Positions 9,075 to 17,472 of a stretch of 34,715 bases of DNA are shown here, piece after piece. The notes beneath the pieces are model-generated. The model did not search any database and was not told the origin of the DNA. It was given only the letters and a program-made list of their open reading frames with translations. Within the stretch, counting starts at the first letter, position 1, and every line of letters starts with the position of its first letter. A program made the translations under genes and the position numbers. The DNA is taken from the sequence record SRR2962707_983; one strand, 5' to 3'.

Positions 9075-9941
9075 ATGAATCATCTCTCATCGTCTTTTGC
9101 TCGTCATGAGGCGGCCACGCGGGCCTATCTCAGTTTTCATGTACCTGGCCCCGAGCGGCCCTGTCACTACATGTATCAGCCCGAGGATGGCTCACCCCAG
9201 GATTCAGGCCGGTATGAAACCCGGGCCATGACGGTTCTGGATGCGCGTCGAGCGGACTTCGAACCAGGGCTGGACAAACAGGGGTTCCGGTTATTGCGAA
9301 CGGATACAGCGGTGCCGGACCAGGTGGACGATGGTGCCTGGATCGCCGCGACCTACTATCCGCCAATGGCGGAGATGGCCCGGCGCGCCACCGGCGCCGA
9401 CCGTGCGCTGGTGTTCGATCATCAGGTCCGCCGCCGTGAGCCAGGCCAGATCACAGCCGGGTTTGGGCGGCATGGTGATGGCAGCCGCCCGGGGGCGGTG
9501 GGGCGGCTGCACAACGATTACAGCGAGGCTTCCGGACGGGCCAGGGTGGCCACGGTGCTGGCTCGCCAGGGGGAGCGTATGTCGCCTCACAGTCGCTATG
9601 CCATTGTTAACTTGTGGCGGCCGTTACGCGGCCCGGTGCTGGATGCGCCGCTGGCACTGTGCGATGCCTCGACTCTTTCGGTACTGGACCTGAACCCGGC
9701 GGAAGTGCGCTACCGGGAGCGCACTGGCGAGATTTATCTGGCTCGCTACACCGCCCGCCAACGCTGGTATCACTACCCGGCAATGACGCCGGACGAGGTG
9801 CTGATTTTCAAGCAGTACGACACCCAGTTGAGTGGTACCGCGCGGTTTACGCCGCATGGCGCCTTCGATCCGCCGGCGCTGCCCGCTGATGTGGCTCCGC
9901 GGCATAGTATCGAACTTCGCGTACTGCTGATTCATCACTGA
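9075..9941 (+). CDS. CmcJ/NvfI (AsaB-like) family oxidoreductase, probable Fe(II)/2-oxoglutarate dioxygenase
   Basis: LDKQGF, VFDHQVRR, LHNDY (HxD), NLWRP, PLALCDA, TPHGAF (distal His) and RHSIELR (RxS). GGAGG RBS. Confidence 0.85.
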   Translation: MNHLSSSFARHEAATRAYLSFHVPGPERPCHYMYQPEDGSPQDSGRYETRAMTVLDARRADFEPGLDKQGFRLLRTDTAVPDQVDDGAWIAATYYPPMAEMARRATGADRALVFDHQVRRREPGQITAGFGRHGDGSRPGAVGRLHNDYSEASGRARVATVLARQGERMSPHSRYAIVNLWRPLRGPVLDAPLALCDASTLSVLDLNPAEVRYRERTGEIYLARYTARQRWYHYPAMTPDEVLIFKQYDTQLSGTARFTPHGAFDPPALPADVAPRHSIELRVLLIHH

Positions 9942-9967
9942 CCGCTCTCATCGAAGAGGATGTGCTC

Positions 9968-10588
9968 ATGGTCTCGAAACACACCGCTCCAGCCATGGAG
10001 CTCTGGTACGACTTTGGCAGCAACTACAGTTACCTGAGCATCATGCGGGTGGAAGAGGCGGCGGATCGCCACGGCGTCGCCATTGTCTGGAAGCCGTTCC
10101 TGCTCGGTCCCGTTTTCAAGGCACTGGGCTGGCAGGGATCGCCATTCCTGGCACAACAGGAAAAGCTGCGTTACGTGTGGCAGGACATGCTTCGCCAATG
10201 TGAAAAGTACCGGCTGCCGTGGACCCGGCCATCCACTTTTCCCCGCAACGGACTGCTGTCGTCACGGGTGGCGCTGCTGGGAGCGGATATGCCATGGATC
10301 GCGGAATTCAACCGCCAGGTGATGCTGCATAACTTTCAACGTGACCGGGACATAAACAGCGAGGAAGAAGTGGGCGGTATCCTTGCGGATATGGGGTTGC
10401 CGGCGGAATCCTTGTTGAAGGCCGCCCAGTCCGACCACAACAAACAGCGCTTGAGGGGGCAGACTCAGGAAGCCTTGGACCGGGGGCTGTTTGGCGCCCC
10501 GACCTTTCTGATCGGTGACGCCATGTTCTGGGGTAACGATCGGCTGGACGATGCCTTACTGTACGCGGCGACGCGCGGCAACGGATGA
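9968..10588 (+). CDS. 2-hydroxychromene-2-carboxylate isomerase / GST-kappa (DsbA-like) family protein
   Basis: WYDFGSNYSYL, WKPFLLG, GLFGAPTF and FWGNDRL. ATG 9968 has GAGGA upstream. Confidence 0.88.
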   Translation: MVSKHTAPAMELWYDFGSNYSYLSIMRVEEAADRHGVAIVWKPFLLGPVFKALGWQGSPFLAQQEKLRYVWQDMLRQCEKYRLPWTRPSTFPRNGLLSSRVALLGADMPWIAEFNRQVMLHNFQRDRDINSEEEVGGILADMGLPAESLLKAAQSDHNKQRLRGQTQEALDRGLFGAPTFLIGDAMFWGNDRLDDALLYAATRGNG

Positions 10589-10595
10589 AATCAGG

Positions 10596-11675
10596 CTATT
10601 GAATCACCAGCTCACCGGACTCCGGCAGCCGTGCTACCAACTCCGCCCCGACAAGAGTCGACGGAGTGTACGTGCCGCCAGTGTGCTGGTTCTCCATCAA
10701 ATGTTCGATAACGGCCAGGGAGCCGGTTATGGTCAGGCTGTAGCCATTGGCGGTGCGGATGCGCGCGGTCTTCTTTTCCCCACGGGAATTGGTGGCTTCG
10801 CCCCAGACAAAAGTGGGCATCTTCTCCCGCGTGGCCTCGTCGGGGCCTTTCACGGTCTTGGCGATGCGCGCCTTGATCAGCTTCTGCACGAACTTAATGC
10901 CCAGCAAAGGCCGGAGATAGTTGGCTTTTTGGGCGCTTTTGATCATTCTGGGCGAACCGGGAATAAAAACCTTGATGTTGGGGATACCGGTGCTGTGATA
11001 GGCGGTGGACACGTCGCCCCAGGGAATGGTCATGGCCTCTTTTTCGCCGTCACCGAAATCGATACGACGCACTTCATAGGCCAGCGGGACGGTTACAATC
11101 TTGCCATCACGGCGTACCTTGCCGCCCTGCGCCAGCCCTTCCACGGAGGTCTTGGCGGTGCCCGGTGAAAAACCGGAGCGAGAGTCGAAGCCCAGCGCCA
11201 GATGGGTGGCATCGGGCAGGGCGGCTTTCAGAGAGGCGGCGACGCAGTCAGTGGGAATGACATCGAAACCGACGCCCGGACAGAGCACGATACCGGCGGA
11301 GCGGGCCTTGTCGCTCAACGACTGGGCCAGTTCGAACACCGCAATTTCCCCGGTGATGTCCAGGTAGTTGGCCCGTGCCGCGATACAGGCGTTCATCATT
11401 GGTTCGGCGGTGGCGGAAAAGGGCCCGGCGCAATTCAGAACCAGGGACATCCCTTTGATTTGCCGGGTCGCTTGTTCCACGTTATCCAGGCTGAACGCCA
11501 TGGTTCCCAGACCAAGCTCGTCCGCCAGCGCCTGAATCTTGCTCGGGCTGCGCCCGGCGAGAATCGGCTTGTACCCGCGCCGTGCCGCCTCCCGTGCGAT
11601 CAGTTCACCGGTATAGCCGTTGGCGCCGTAGATCATCCACGGCTTTTGTTCCGGCTGAGGGCTTTGCTCGCTCAT
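10596..11675 (-). CDS. Saccharopine dehydrogenase-like NAD(P)-binding oxidoreductase (trans-acting enoyl reductase family)
   Basis: IYGANGYTG Rossmann motif, LAGRS, NCAGPF, YLDITGE, GFDVIPTD and SPGTAKT. Start ATG 11675 with AGGAG upstream. Confidence 0.88.
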   Translation of the reverse strand: MSEQSPQPEQKPWMIYGANGYTGELIAREAARRGYKPILAGRSPSKIQALADELGLGTMAFSLDNVEQATRQIKGMSLVLNCAGPFSATAEPMMNACIAARANYLDITGEIAVFELAQSLSDKARSAGIVLCPGVGFDVIPTDCVAASLKAALPDATHLALGFDSRSGFSPGTAKTSVEGLAQGGKVRRDGKIVTVPLAYEVRRIDFGDGEKEAMTIPWGDVSTAYHSTGIPNIKVFIPGSPRMIKSAQKANYLRPLLGIKFVQKLIKARIAKTVKGPDEATREKMPTFVWGEATNSRGEKKTARIRTANGYSLTITGSLAVIEHLMENQHTGGTYTPSTLVGAELVARLPESGELVIQ

Positions 11676-11693
11676 GATGTCGCTCCTGATCAT

Positions 11694-12133
11694 TCACCGT
11701 GTGACGCTGGACATTTTTCGCCGATACTTGCGGCTTCTTAAGGTGTTGTCGACCTGGTTGAGCAGCAGTGCCCACAACGGGGACACACCGGGTCTGGCCC
11801 GCCGTTTTACACTGTGCTTAACCAGTTGGTACTTGACCACCGCCATGTAGGCCAGTGATGCCAATGGCTTGTTCTTCCAGGTGATCGGGGCAAGCTCGGG
11901 CGCGTTTTGTTTACCTTGTTGCCAGTCCCGGGGCAGGTAGGGATCAATCGCCAGGGCTGTCCCGATGCCGGCCATATCCACACCGCTGGCTAGCACCTTT
12001 TCCGCGACGGGCAGGCGGCGAATACCTCCGGTCACCATAATTCGTCCGCCATATTCTCTTCCATGGCGGCTTTGGCAATACGGTTGGCCAGGGTGGCTCC
12101 GTTGGGCAGTGTCAACTCCGTAAACACGGTCAT
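11694..12133 (-). pseudogene. NADH:flavin oxidoreductase / Old Yellow Enzyme family gene with a large internal out-of-frame deletion
   Basis: ATG 12133 gives MTVFTELTLPNGATLANRIAKAAMEENMADELW*, an OYE N-terminus ending at TGA 12034-12032. It abuts, in another frame, the OYE C-terminus MVTGGIRR...GVDMAGIGTALAIDP (12038-11694). The catalytic core is absent. Confidence 0.88.
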
Positions 12134-12164
12134 GGTGAGGCACCTCTACTGTGTCAGTGAGGTG

Positions 12165-12195
12165 ACTCTAACGTTGAAGCCAACTTTAAGGTCAA
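12165..12195 (-). promoter_or_regulatory. MerR-type promoter with 19-bp spacer and operator dyad
   Basis: Minus strand reads TTGACC (12195-12190), then 19 bp, then TAGAGT (12170-12165). The spacer holds the dyad TTAAAG-TTGG-CTTCAA. Confidence 0.85.
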
Positions 12196-12201
12196 ATCAT
12201 T

Positions 12202-12630
12202 TTATGATGACTTTTCGGCGGTTGGCGTGCCCAAACCGAACTGTGAAAGAACCCGTTTGGCATTGGAGGCGCAGTCCATGTCTTCCGGTTTTGACTCGAG
12301 CTCGGCGAGGACCGCCTGTAGCTGCGCCTTGCTTTGCGTCAGTCGTGCCTGAATCTCCTCGATGTCACGAATCTTCTGCTGAAGCGCATCAAGCAGCGAG
12401 CCATGATCCCAGGCGCCCAGATCCGCGGGCAGCAGCGTACGCAGCTCGTCCAGACTAAAGCCGGCCTGTTGCGCAGTGGTGATCAGTTTGAGCACGGTCA
12501 CGGCTTCTGGCGGATAGGTGCGGTAACCGTTGGCCTTGCGGCTGACGGTTTTCAGAAGGCCAATTCTCTCGTAGAAGCGGATACGTGAGGGGGCAAGGTC
12601 AGTGATATCCGCCAGTTCGCCAATTTTCAT
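12202..12630 (-). CDS. MerR family transcriptional regulator
   Basis: MKIGELA, SRIRFYERIGLL, NGYRTY and AQQAGFSLDEL, followed by a coiled coil and a single C-terminal Cys. Confidence 0.95.
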   Translation of the reverse strand: MKIGELADITDLAPSRIRFYERIGLLKTVSRKANGYRTYPPEAVTVLKLITTAQQAGFSLDELRTLLPADLGAWDHGSLLDALQQKIRDIEEIQARLTQSKAQLQAVLAELESKPEDMDCASNAKRVLSQFGLGTPTAEKSS

Positions 12631-12654
12631 GTCCGTAGCCGGATTGTCGCAGGG

Positions 12655-12670
12655 TTAAGGCCAACTTTAA
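12655..12670. promoter_or_regulatory. Second MerR operator copy upstream of the merR-like gene (probable autoregulation)
   Basis: TTAAGGCCAACTTTAA is 14/16 identical to TTGAAGCCAACTTTAA at 12174-12189. Confidence 0.7.
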
Positions 12671-12720
12671 CAAAAGGGAGGGCTTATCCATATGATGCGT
12701 CCTTTCCATCGTTATAGTTT

Positions 12721-12748
12721 ATTTAACATAATATACATTACACACAAT
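12721..12748 (-). other. dif: dif site (XerCD chromosome dimer resolution site)
   Basis: Minus strand ATTGTGTGTAA-TGTATA-TTATGTTAAAT versus E. coli dif GGTGCGCATAA-TGTATA-TTATGTTAAAT. The XerD arm and spacer are identical (23/28 overall). The site is intergenic and AT-rich, and KOPS polarity flips across it. Confidence 0.88.
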
Positions 12749-12837
12749 AAAAGATAAGACATTCCCAGGATGGCTGCCTCCAATTACCTCCTTGGCCGGC
12801 CTTTCAGATCGGGATTTCCGCATCCGTCACGGTTGTA

Positions 12838-12851
12838 TTGATGTATATCAA
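12838..12851. promoter_or_regulatory. FNR/ANR box of the ccoN promoter
   Basis: Perfect TTGAT-GTAT-ATCAA. A TGaTACCTT extended -10-like element at 12871-12879 fits class II (-41.5) geometry. Confidence 0.92.
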
Positions 12852-12909
12852 GGGCAGCTTTAGCGTCGGCTGATACCTTGCACACGCCTCAATCTGCAAG
12901 GACAACATC

Positions 12910-14343
12910 ATGCAAGACGCCGCTGCGCCGCCGGCGTACCACTATCGTGTGGTTCGCCAATTTACAGTCATGACCGTGGTTTGGGGGGTCGTGGGCATGT
13001 TCGTGGGGGTCTGGATCGCCGCGCAACTGGCCTGGCCTGCCTTGAACTTTGATTTGCCCTGGCTCAGTTTTGGGCGCCTTCGCCCGCTGCACACCAATGC
13101 CGTGATCTTCGCCTTTGGCGGTTGTGCCCTGATCGGCACGTCCTTATATGTGGTTCAGCGTACCTGCCAGGCCCCATTGGTGTTGCCGGGGCTGGCGGCT
13201 TTCGTGTTCTGGGGGTATCAGGCAGTCATTGTTCTCGCCGCTGTGAGTCTGCCGCTGGGGTTCACCAGCGCCAAGGAATACGCGGAGCTGGAGTGGCCGA
13301 TCGATATTCTGCTGGCCCTGGTCTGGGTGGCCTACGCGGTGGTCTTTTTCGGCACCATCGCGAAACGGCGTACGGGACACATTTATGTGGCCAACTGGTT
13401 CTATGGCGGCTTCATTCTGGCGGTGGCGCTGTTGCACATCGTCAATAGCGCCGCCATACCGATTTCCCTGACCAAGTCTTATTCGGCCTATGCCGGCGCC
13501 ATCGATGCCATGGTGCAGTGGTGGTATGGCCATAACGCCGTGGGCTTTTTCCTCACCGCCGGCTTCCTTGGCATGATGTATTACTACGTGCCGATTCAGG
13601 CGGAACGTCCGGTCTATTCCTACCGTTTGTCCATCGTTCACTTCTGGGCGCTGATCGCGGTGTACATGTGGGCCGGTCCGCACCATCTGCACTATTCCTC
13701 CCTGCCGGATTGGGCCCAGTCCGTGGGTATGGTGTTCTCCATTGTCCTGCTGGCGCCCAGCTGGGGCGGCATGATCAACGGTGTCATGACGCTGTCCGGC
13801 GCCTGGCACAAGTTGCGTGACGACCCGATTATCCGCTTCCTGATCGTCGCTCTCTCCTTCTACGGCATGAGCACTTTTGAAGGGCCGCTGATGTCGATCA
13901 AGACGGTCAATGCCCTCAGCCATAACACCGACTGGACCATCGGCCACGTGCACGCCGGCGCGCTGGGCTGGGTGGCGATGATCTCCATCGGCGCGCTTTA
14001 TGTCATGACGCCGCGCCTGTTTGGCCGTCAACGCATGTATTCGGTGAGCTGGATCAATGTGCATTTCTGGCTTTCCACCATCGGCACGGTGCTCTACATC
14101 GCCGCCATGTGGGTGTCCGGGATCATGCAGGGTTTGATGTGGCGGGCGGTCAACGACGACGGCACCCTCACCTACAACTTCGTTCAGGAACTGGTGGAAC
14201 GGCAGCCCTTCTACATCGTGCGCCTGCTCGGCGGCGTGGTGTTCCTGGTCGGCATGTTGCTGATGGCACTCAATGTCTATCTCACCATTCGCGGCACTCG
14301 TGATGACGCCGGTGAAGACAACCGTCTGGCCCTTGCCTACTAG
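12910..14343 (+). CDS. ccoN: cbb3-type cytochrome c oxidase subunit I
   Basis: [35 protein letters not shown] and [13 protein letters not shown]. Confidence 0.99.
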   Translation: MQDAAAPPAYHYRVVRQFTVMTVVWGVVGMFVGVWIAAQLAWPALNFDLPWLSFGRLRPLHTNAVIFAFGGCALIGTSLYVVQRTCQAPLVLPGLAAFVFWGYQAVIVLAAVSLPLGFTSAKEYAELEWPIDILLALVWVAYAVVFFGTIAKRRTGHIYVANWFYGGFILAVALLHIVNSAAIPISLTKSYSAYAGAIDAMVQWWYGHNAVGFFLTAGFLGMMYYYVPIQAERPVYSYRLSIVHFWALIAVYMWAGPHHLHYSSLPDWAQSVGMVFSIVLLAPSWGGMINGVMTLSGAWHKLRDDPIIRFLIVALSFYGMSTFEGPLMSIKTVNALSHNTDWTIGHVHAGALGWVAMISIGALYVMTPRLFGRQRMYSVSWINVHFWLSTIGTVLYIAAMWVSGIMQGLMWRAVNDDGTLTYNFVQELVERQPFYIVRLLGGVVFLVGMLLMALNVYLTIRGTRDDAGEDNRLALAY

Positions 14344-14353
14344 GAGATCAACG

Positions 14354-14989
14354 ATGGCAAACCGACACGCCGTAATCGAAAAGAACGTGGGCCTGCTGAT
14401 CGTGCTGATTCTGGTGGCGGTGAGTTTTGGCGGGCTGGCCGAGATCGTGCCGCTGTTTTGGCAGAAATCCACCACCGAGCCGATGTCCACTTTGCGGCCC
14501 TACGATGCCTTGGAAATGGCCGGCCGCGATATCTACATCCGTGAAGGCTGCCATGTATGCCACACCCAGATGGTGCGGCCGCTGCGTGCGGAAACCGAAC
14601 GGTTCGGACCTTACAGCGTGGCCGGAGAGGACGTTTGGGAGCATCCGTTCCTGTGGGGGTCCAAGCGTACCGGCCCGGATCTGGCACGGGTGGGACTACG
14701 CCCGATCACCGAGCAATGGCATCGCGAACACCTGCGCGATCCACGCGAGGTGGTCCCAGAGTCCAATATGCCCGCCTACCCCTGGCTGCAAAACACGCCG
14801 GTGGATTGGAAGCACATGGAACGCAAGCTGCGCGTGTTCAAGGACATATTCGGCGTGCCCTACAGCGAGCAGGATGTGGCCGAGCAAATGGAAAAGGTCA
14901 ACGGCGAATGGGCCGACGCCAGCGAGGAAGACGCGCTGGTGGCTTACCTGCTCTCCCTTGGCCAGGCCCGTAAGGAGGTTCGCGAATGA
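14354..14989 (+). CDS. ccoO: cbb3-type cytochrome c oxidase subunit II
   Basis: GRDIYIREGCHVCHTQMVRP, WGSKRTGPDLARVG and ESNMPAYPWL. Start ATG 14354 after AGGAG. Confidence 0.98.
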   Translation: MANRHAVIEKNVGLLIVLILVAVSFGGLAEIVPLFWQKSTTEPMSTLRPYDALEMAGRDIYIREGCHVCHTQMVRPLRAETERFGPYSVAGEDVWEHPFLWGSKRTGPDLARVGLRPITEQWHREHLRDPREVVPESNMPAYPWLQNTPVDWKHMERKLRVFKDIFGVPYSEQDVAEQMEKVNGEWADASEEDALVAYLLSLGQARKEVRE

Positions 14990-15156
14990 CCTATCACAGC
15001 GTTCTGACCGTACTGTTTTTCCTGGCGTTTCTCGCCCTGGTGGCCTGGGTCTACCGGCCCGGCCGCAAACAGCAATATCAGGAACTGGCCAAGCTGCCGG
15101 TGCGTGACGATCAACAGGCCCGGGCCGGGAGCGACGGGGAGCAAATCCATGAGTGA
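14986..15156 (+). CDS. ccoQ: cbb3-type cytochrome c oxidase subunit CcoQ (not in the ORF track)
   Basis: Hand-translated 56 aa: MTYHSVLTVLFFLAFLALVAWVYRPGRKQQYQELAKLPVRDDQQARAGSDGEQIHE. One TM helix, AAGGAGG RBS, ATGA overlap with ccoO, and position between ccoO and ccoP. Confidence 0.92.
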   Translation: MTYHSVLTVLFFLAFLALVAWVYRPGRKQQYQELAKLPVRDDQQARAGSDGEQIHE

Positions 15157-16060
15157 TTTCTGGAGCGGGTACATCATTTTTATCGTGGTGTTGAATCTGG
15201 TGGGTTGCGCGGTGCTTTTGTTCGCCAACTCCCGCCTGTCCGCCGAAGAGGCGCGCCAGGACACCACCGGTCACAAGTTCGACGGCATCGAGGAGCGAAA
15301 CCAGCCCCTACCCCGCTGGTGGCTGTTTCTGTTCGTCGGCACTCTGGTTTTCGCCGTTGGCTATCTGGTGCTCTACCCTGGCCTGGGCCGGTTCGGCGGC
15401 CTGCTGAACTGGACCAGCGTCACTCAGTGGGAACAGGAAGTGGCGCTGGTGGAAAAAAGCAGCGAGCCGCTGTTCAAGGAATTCGCCAAGGTTCCGGTGG
15501 CTGAGCTGGCTCATTATCCCGAGACCCGGGACGTCGGTGGCCGGCTGTTCGCGCAGAACTGCGCCATCTGCCATGGCTCCGATGCGCGCGGCGCACGCGG
15601 CTACCCCAACCTTACCGATGATGACTGGCTCTACGGCGGCTCCCCCGACGCCATCGTGCAGACCATTACCAGCGGACGCCGCGGCACCATGACGCCGATG
15701 GCGGCGGCCATTGGCAACAGCGACGAAGCGGTGCGGGACATGGCTATGTACGTGCAAACCCTCAGCCGGCCCGACCTCAAGAACAAGCCAGAGTATCGTG
15801 ACGCGGCCGAACGGGCCGAGCCCCGGTTCCAGGTGTGCGCGGCCTGTCATGGCGCCGACGCCACCGGCAACCAGATGATCGGCGCCCCCAACCTTACCGA
15901 CGGCATCTGGCTCCATGGGGCCCGTCTGGAAGACATCGAAACCACCATCCGGGAAGGCCGTCAGGGGCATATGCCGGCCCATGAAGGGGTGCTGACCCCG
16001 GAACGTATCCACGTTCTGGCCGCCTACGTCTACAGCTTATCCATGGAGACCGAGGAGTAG
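15149..16060 (+). CDS. ccoP: cbb3-type cytochrome c oxidase subunit III (diheme)
   Basis: MSDFWS start, TTGHKFDGIEE, PLPRWW, and two heme c motifs CAICH and CAACH. Confidence 0.98.
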   Translation: MSDFWSGYIIFIVVLNLVGCAVLLFANSRLSAEEARQDTTGHKFDGIEERNQPLPRWWLFLFVGTLVFAVGYLVLYPGLGRFGGLLNWTSVTQWEQEVALVEKSSEPLFKEFAKVPVAELAHYPETRDVGGRLFAQNCAICHGSDARGARGYPNLTDDDWLYGGSPDAIVQTITSGRRGTMTPMAAAIGNSDEAVRDMAMYVQTLSRPDLKNKPEYRDAAERAEPRFQVCAACHGADATGNQMIGAPNLTDGIWLHGARLEDIETTIREGRQGHMPAHEGVLTPERIHVLAAYVYSLSMETEE

Positions 16061-16065
16061 TCAGA

Positions 16066-17472
16066 ATGTCGAAAACGGAGCGCATCCCGGTTCATTCCGA
16101 AGGCATCGACGACGGCCGCTCGGTGGCGCTGTACGCCAAACGCGAGCGGATTCAGGCCAAGCATGTATCTGGCCATTACCAGCGTCTGCGCGATCTGGGG
16201 CTGAGTATGACCATGGGGCTGTACCTGATACTGCCCTGGGTGCAGTGGCAGGGGCGCCAGGCGGTACTGTTCGACCTGCCCCATCGCAGTTTCCACATCT
16301 TCGGTATCACCTTCTGGCCGCAGGACTTCCTGTTCCTGGCCTGGGCGTTGATGCTGGCCGCGTTCGCCCTGTTCTTCTTTACCGTTCTGGCCGGACGGGT
16401 CTACTGCGGTTATGTCTGCCCGCAGACCACCTGGACCCGTTTCTTCATGGGCATCGAACGGATATTCGAAGGCGACCGCCATCAGCGCATGAAGCTCGAC
16501 AAGGCGCCCTGGTCGTTCAACAAACTCTGGCGTCGCACTGGCAAGCACCTGTGCTGGCTGTTGCTGGGGCTGGTCACGGGACTGACCTTCGTCGGCTACT
16601 TCACCCCGATCCGTGAGCTGGTGCCAGACTTTCTCACCGCCCAGGTGGGGGGCTGGGCGCTGTTCTGGATCGGCTTCTTCACCGTCGCCACCTACGGTAA
16701 TGCCGGCTTCCTGCGCGAACAGGTATGCCTGTACATGTGCCCCTACGCGCGCTTCCAGAGCGTGATGTTCGATCGCGACACGCTTATCGTGTCCTACGAT
16801 ACCGCCCGGGGCGAACCGCGTGGCCGCGGCTCCCGTAAAAAGCAGGCCGCCCCCCTGGCCGGTGATTGCGTGGACTGCAGCCTGTGCGTTCAGGTCTGCC
16901 CCACCGGTATCGATATTCGCGATGGCCTGCAGTACGAATGCATCACCTGTGCCGCCTGTATCGACGCCTGCGATCAGGTGATGGACCGCATCGACAAGCC
17001 CCGGGGACTGATTCGGTACACCACCGAAAACGCCCTCGCCGGCGGCCGCCATCAGGTACTGAGGCCACGCCTGATCGGCTATGGCGTGGTGATTTCCCTG
17101 TTGTCGCTGGCGTTTGCCTGGGCGCTGTACAGCCGGGTGCCGCTGCAAGTGGATGTATTGCGTGACCGTAACCAACTCTACCGACTCACCAGCCTGGGTG
17201 AGGTGGAAAACAGTTACCGCCTGGAACTGCTGAACAAGGACCAGCACAGCCACCGCTATCGCGTCACCCTGGAAGCGCCGGAAGGCCTGAAACTGGTCCA
17301 TGGCGAAATGACCGTGACGCTGGAGGGCGGACAACACCGAAGCCTGCCCGTTACCGTCAGCTACGACCCCTATGTCGCCGATCTGGACAGCCGGACCATT
17401 TGGTTCCGGGTACAGGATCTGGATGTGCCTGATCTGGAGGTGCGCCATGAATCACGCTTCATCGCTCCGTGA
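16066..17472 (+). CDS. ccoG: cbb3 oxidase accessory protein CcoG/FixG (4Fe-4S, cupric reductase-like)
   Basis: GRVYCGYVCPQT, CLYMCPYARFQS, CVDCSLCVQVCP and CITCAACIDAC. Confidence 0.97.
   Translation: MSKTERIPVHSEGIDDGRSVALYAKRERIQAKHVSGHYQRLRDLGLSMTMGLYLILPWVQWQGRQAVLFDLPHRSFHIFGITFWPQDFLFLAWALMLAAFALFFFTVLAGRVYCGYVCPQTTWTRFFMGIERIFEGDRHQRMKLDKAPWSFNKLWRRTGKHLCWLLLGLVTGLTFVGYFTPIRELVPDFLTAQVGGWALFWIGFFTVATYGNAGFLREQVCLYMCPYARFQSVMFDRDTLIVSYDTARGEPRGRGSRKKQAAPLAGDCVDCSLCVQVCPTGIDIRDGLQYECITCAACIDACDQVMDRIDKPRGLIRYTTENALAGGRHQVLRPRLIGYGVVISLLSLAFAWALYSRVPLQVDVLRDRNQLYRLTSLGEVENSYRLELLNKDQHSHRYRVTLEAPEGLKLVHGEMTVTLEGGQHRSLPVTVSYDPYVADLDSRTIWFRVQDLDVPDLEVRHESRFIAP

Noticed and set aside
11694-12143. 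149-aa ORF as an intact gene
   Set aside because: Its first ~35 residues are an off-frame reading of the OYE N-terminus. The real start is 12133 in another frame, so it is a deletion pseudogene.
1-12720. Prophage or Xer-integrated element (IMEX) next to dif
   Set aside because: No replication, structural, Zot-like, integrase or transposase genes, and no second dif-like site seen in the window.
12713-12793. Minus-strand AAGGAGG followed by a 23-codon hydrophobic ORF (LEAAILGMSYLLLCVMYIMLNKL), as a possible small toxin peptide
   Set aside because: The SD is only 2-3 nt from the TTG, and the hydrophobic MYIMLN stretch is simply the translation of the dif sequence.
13144-17448. Long minus-strand ORFs of 448 aa (13144-14490) and 472 aa (16030-17448)
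   Set aside because: Antisense shadows of ccoN and ccoG, expected from high-GC codon bias.
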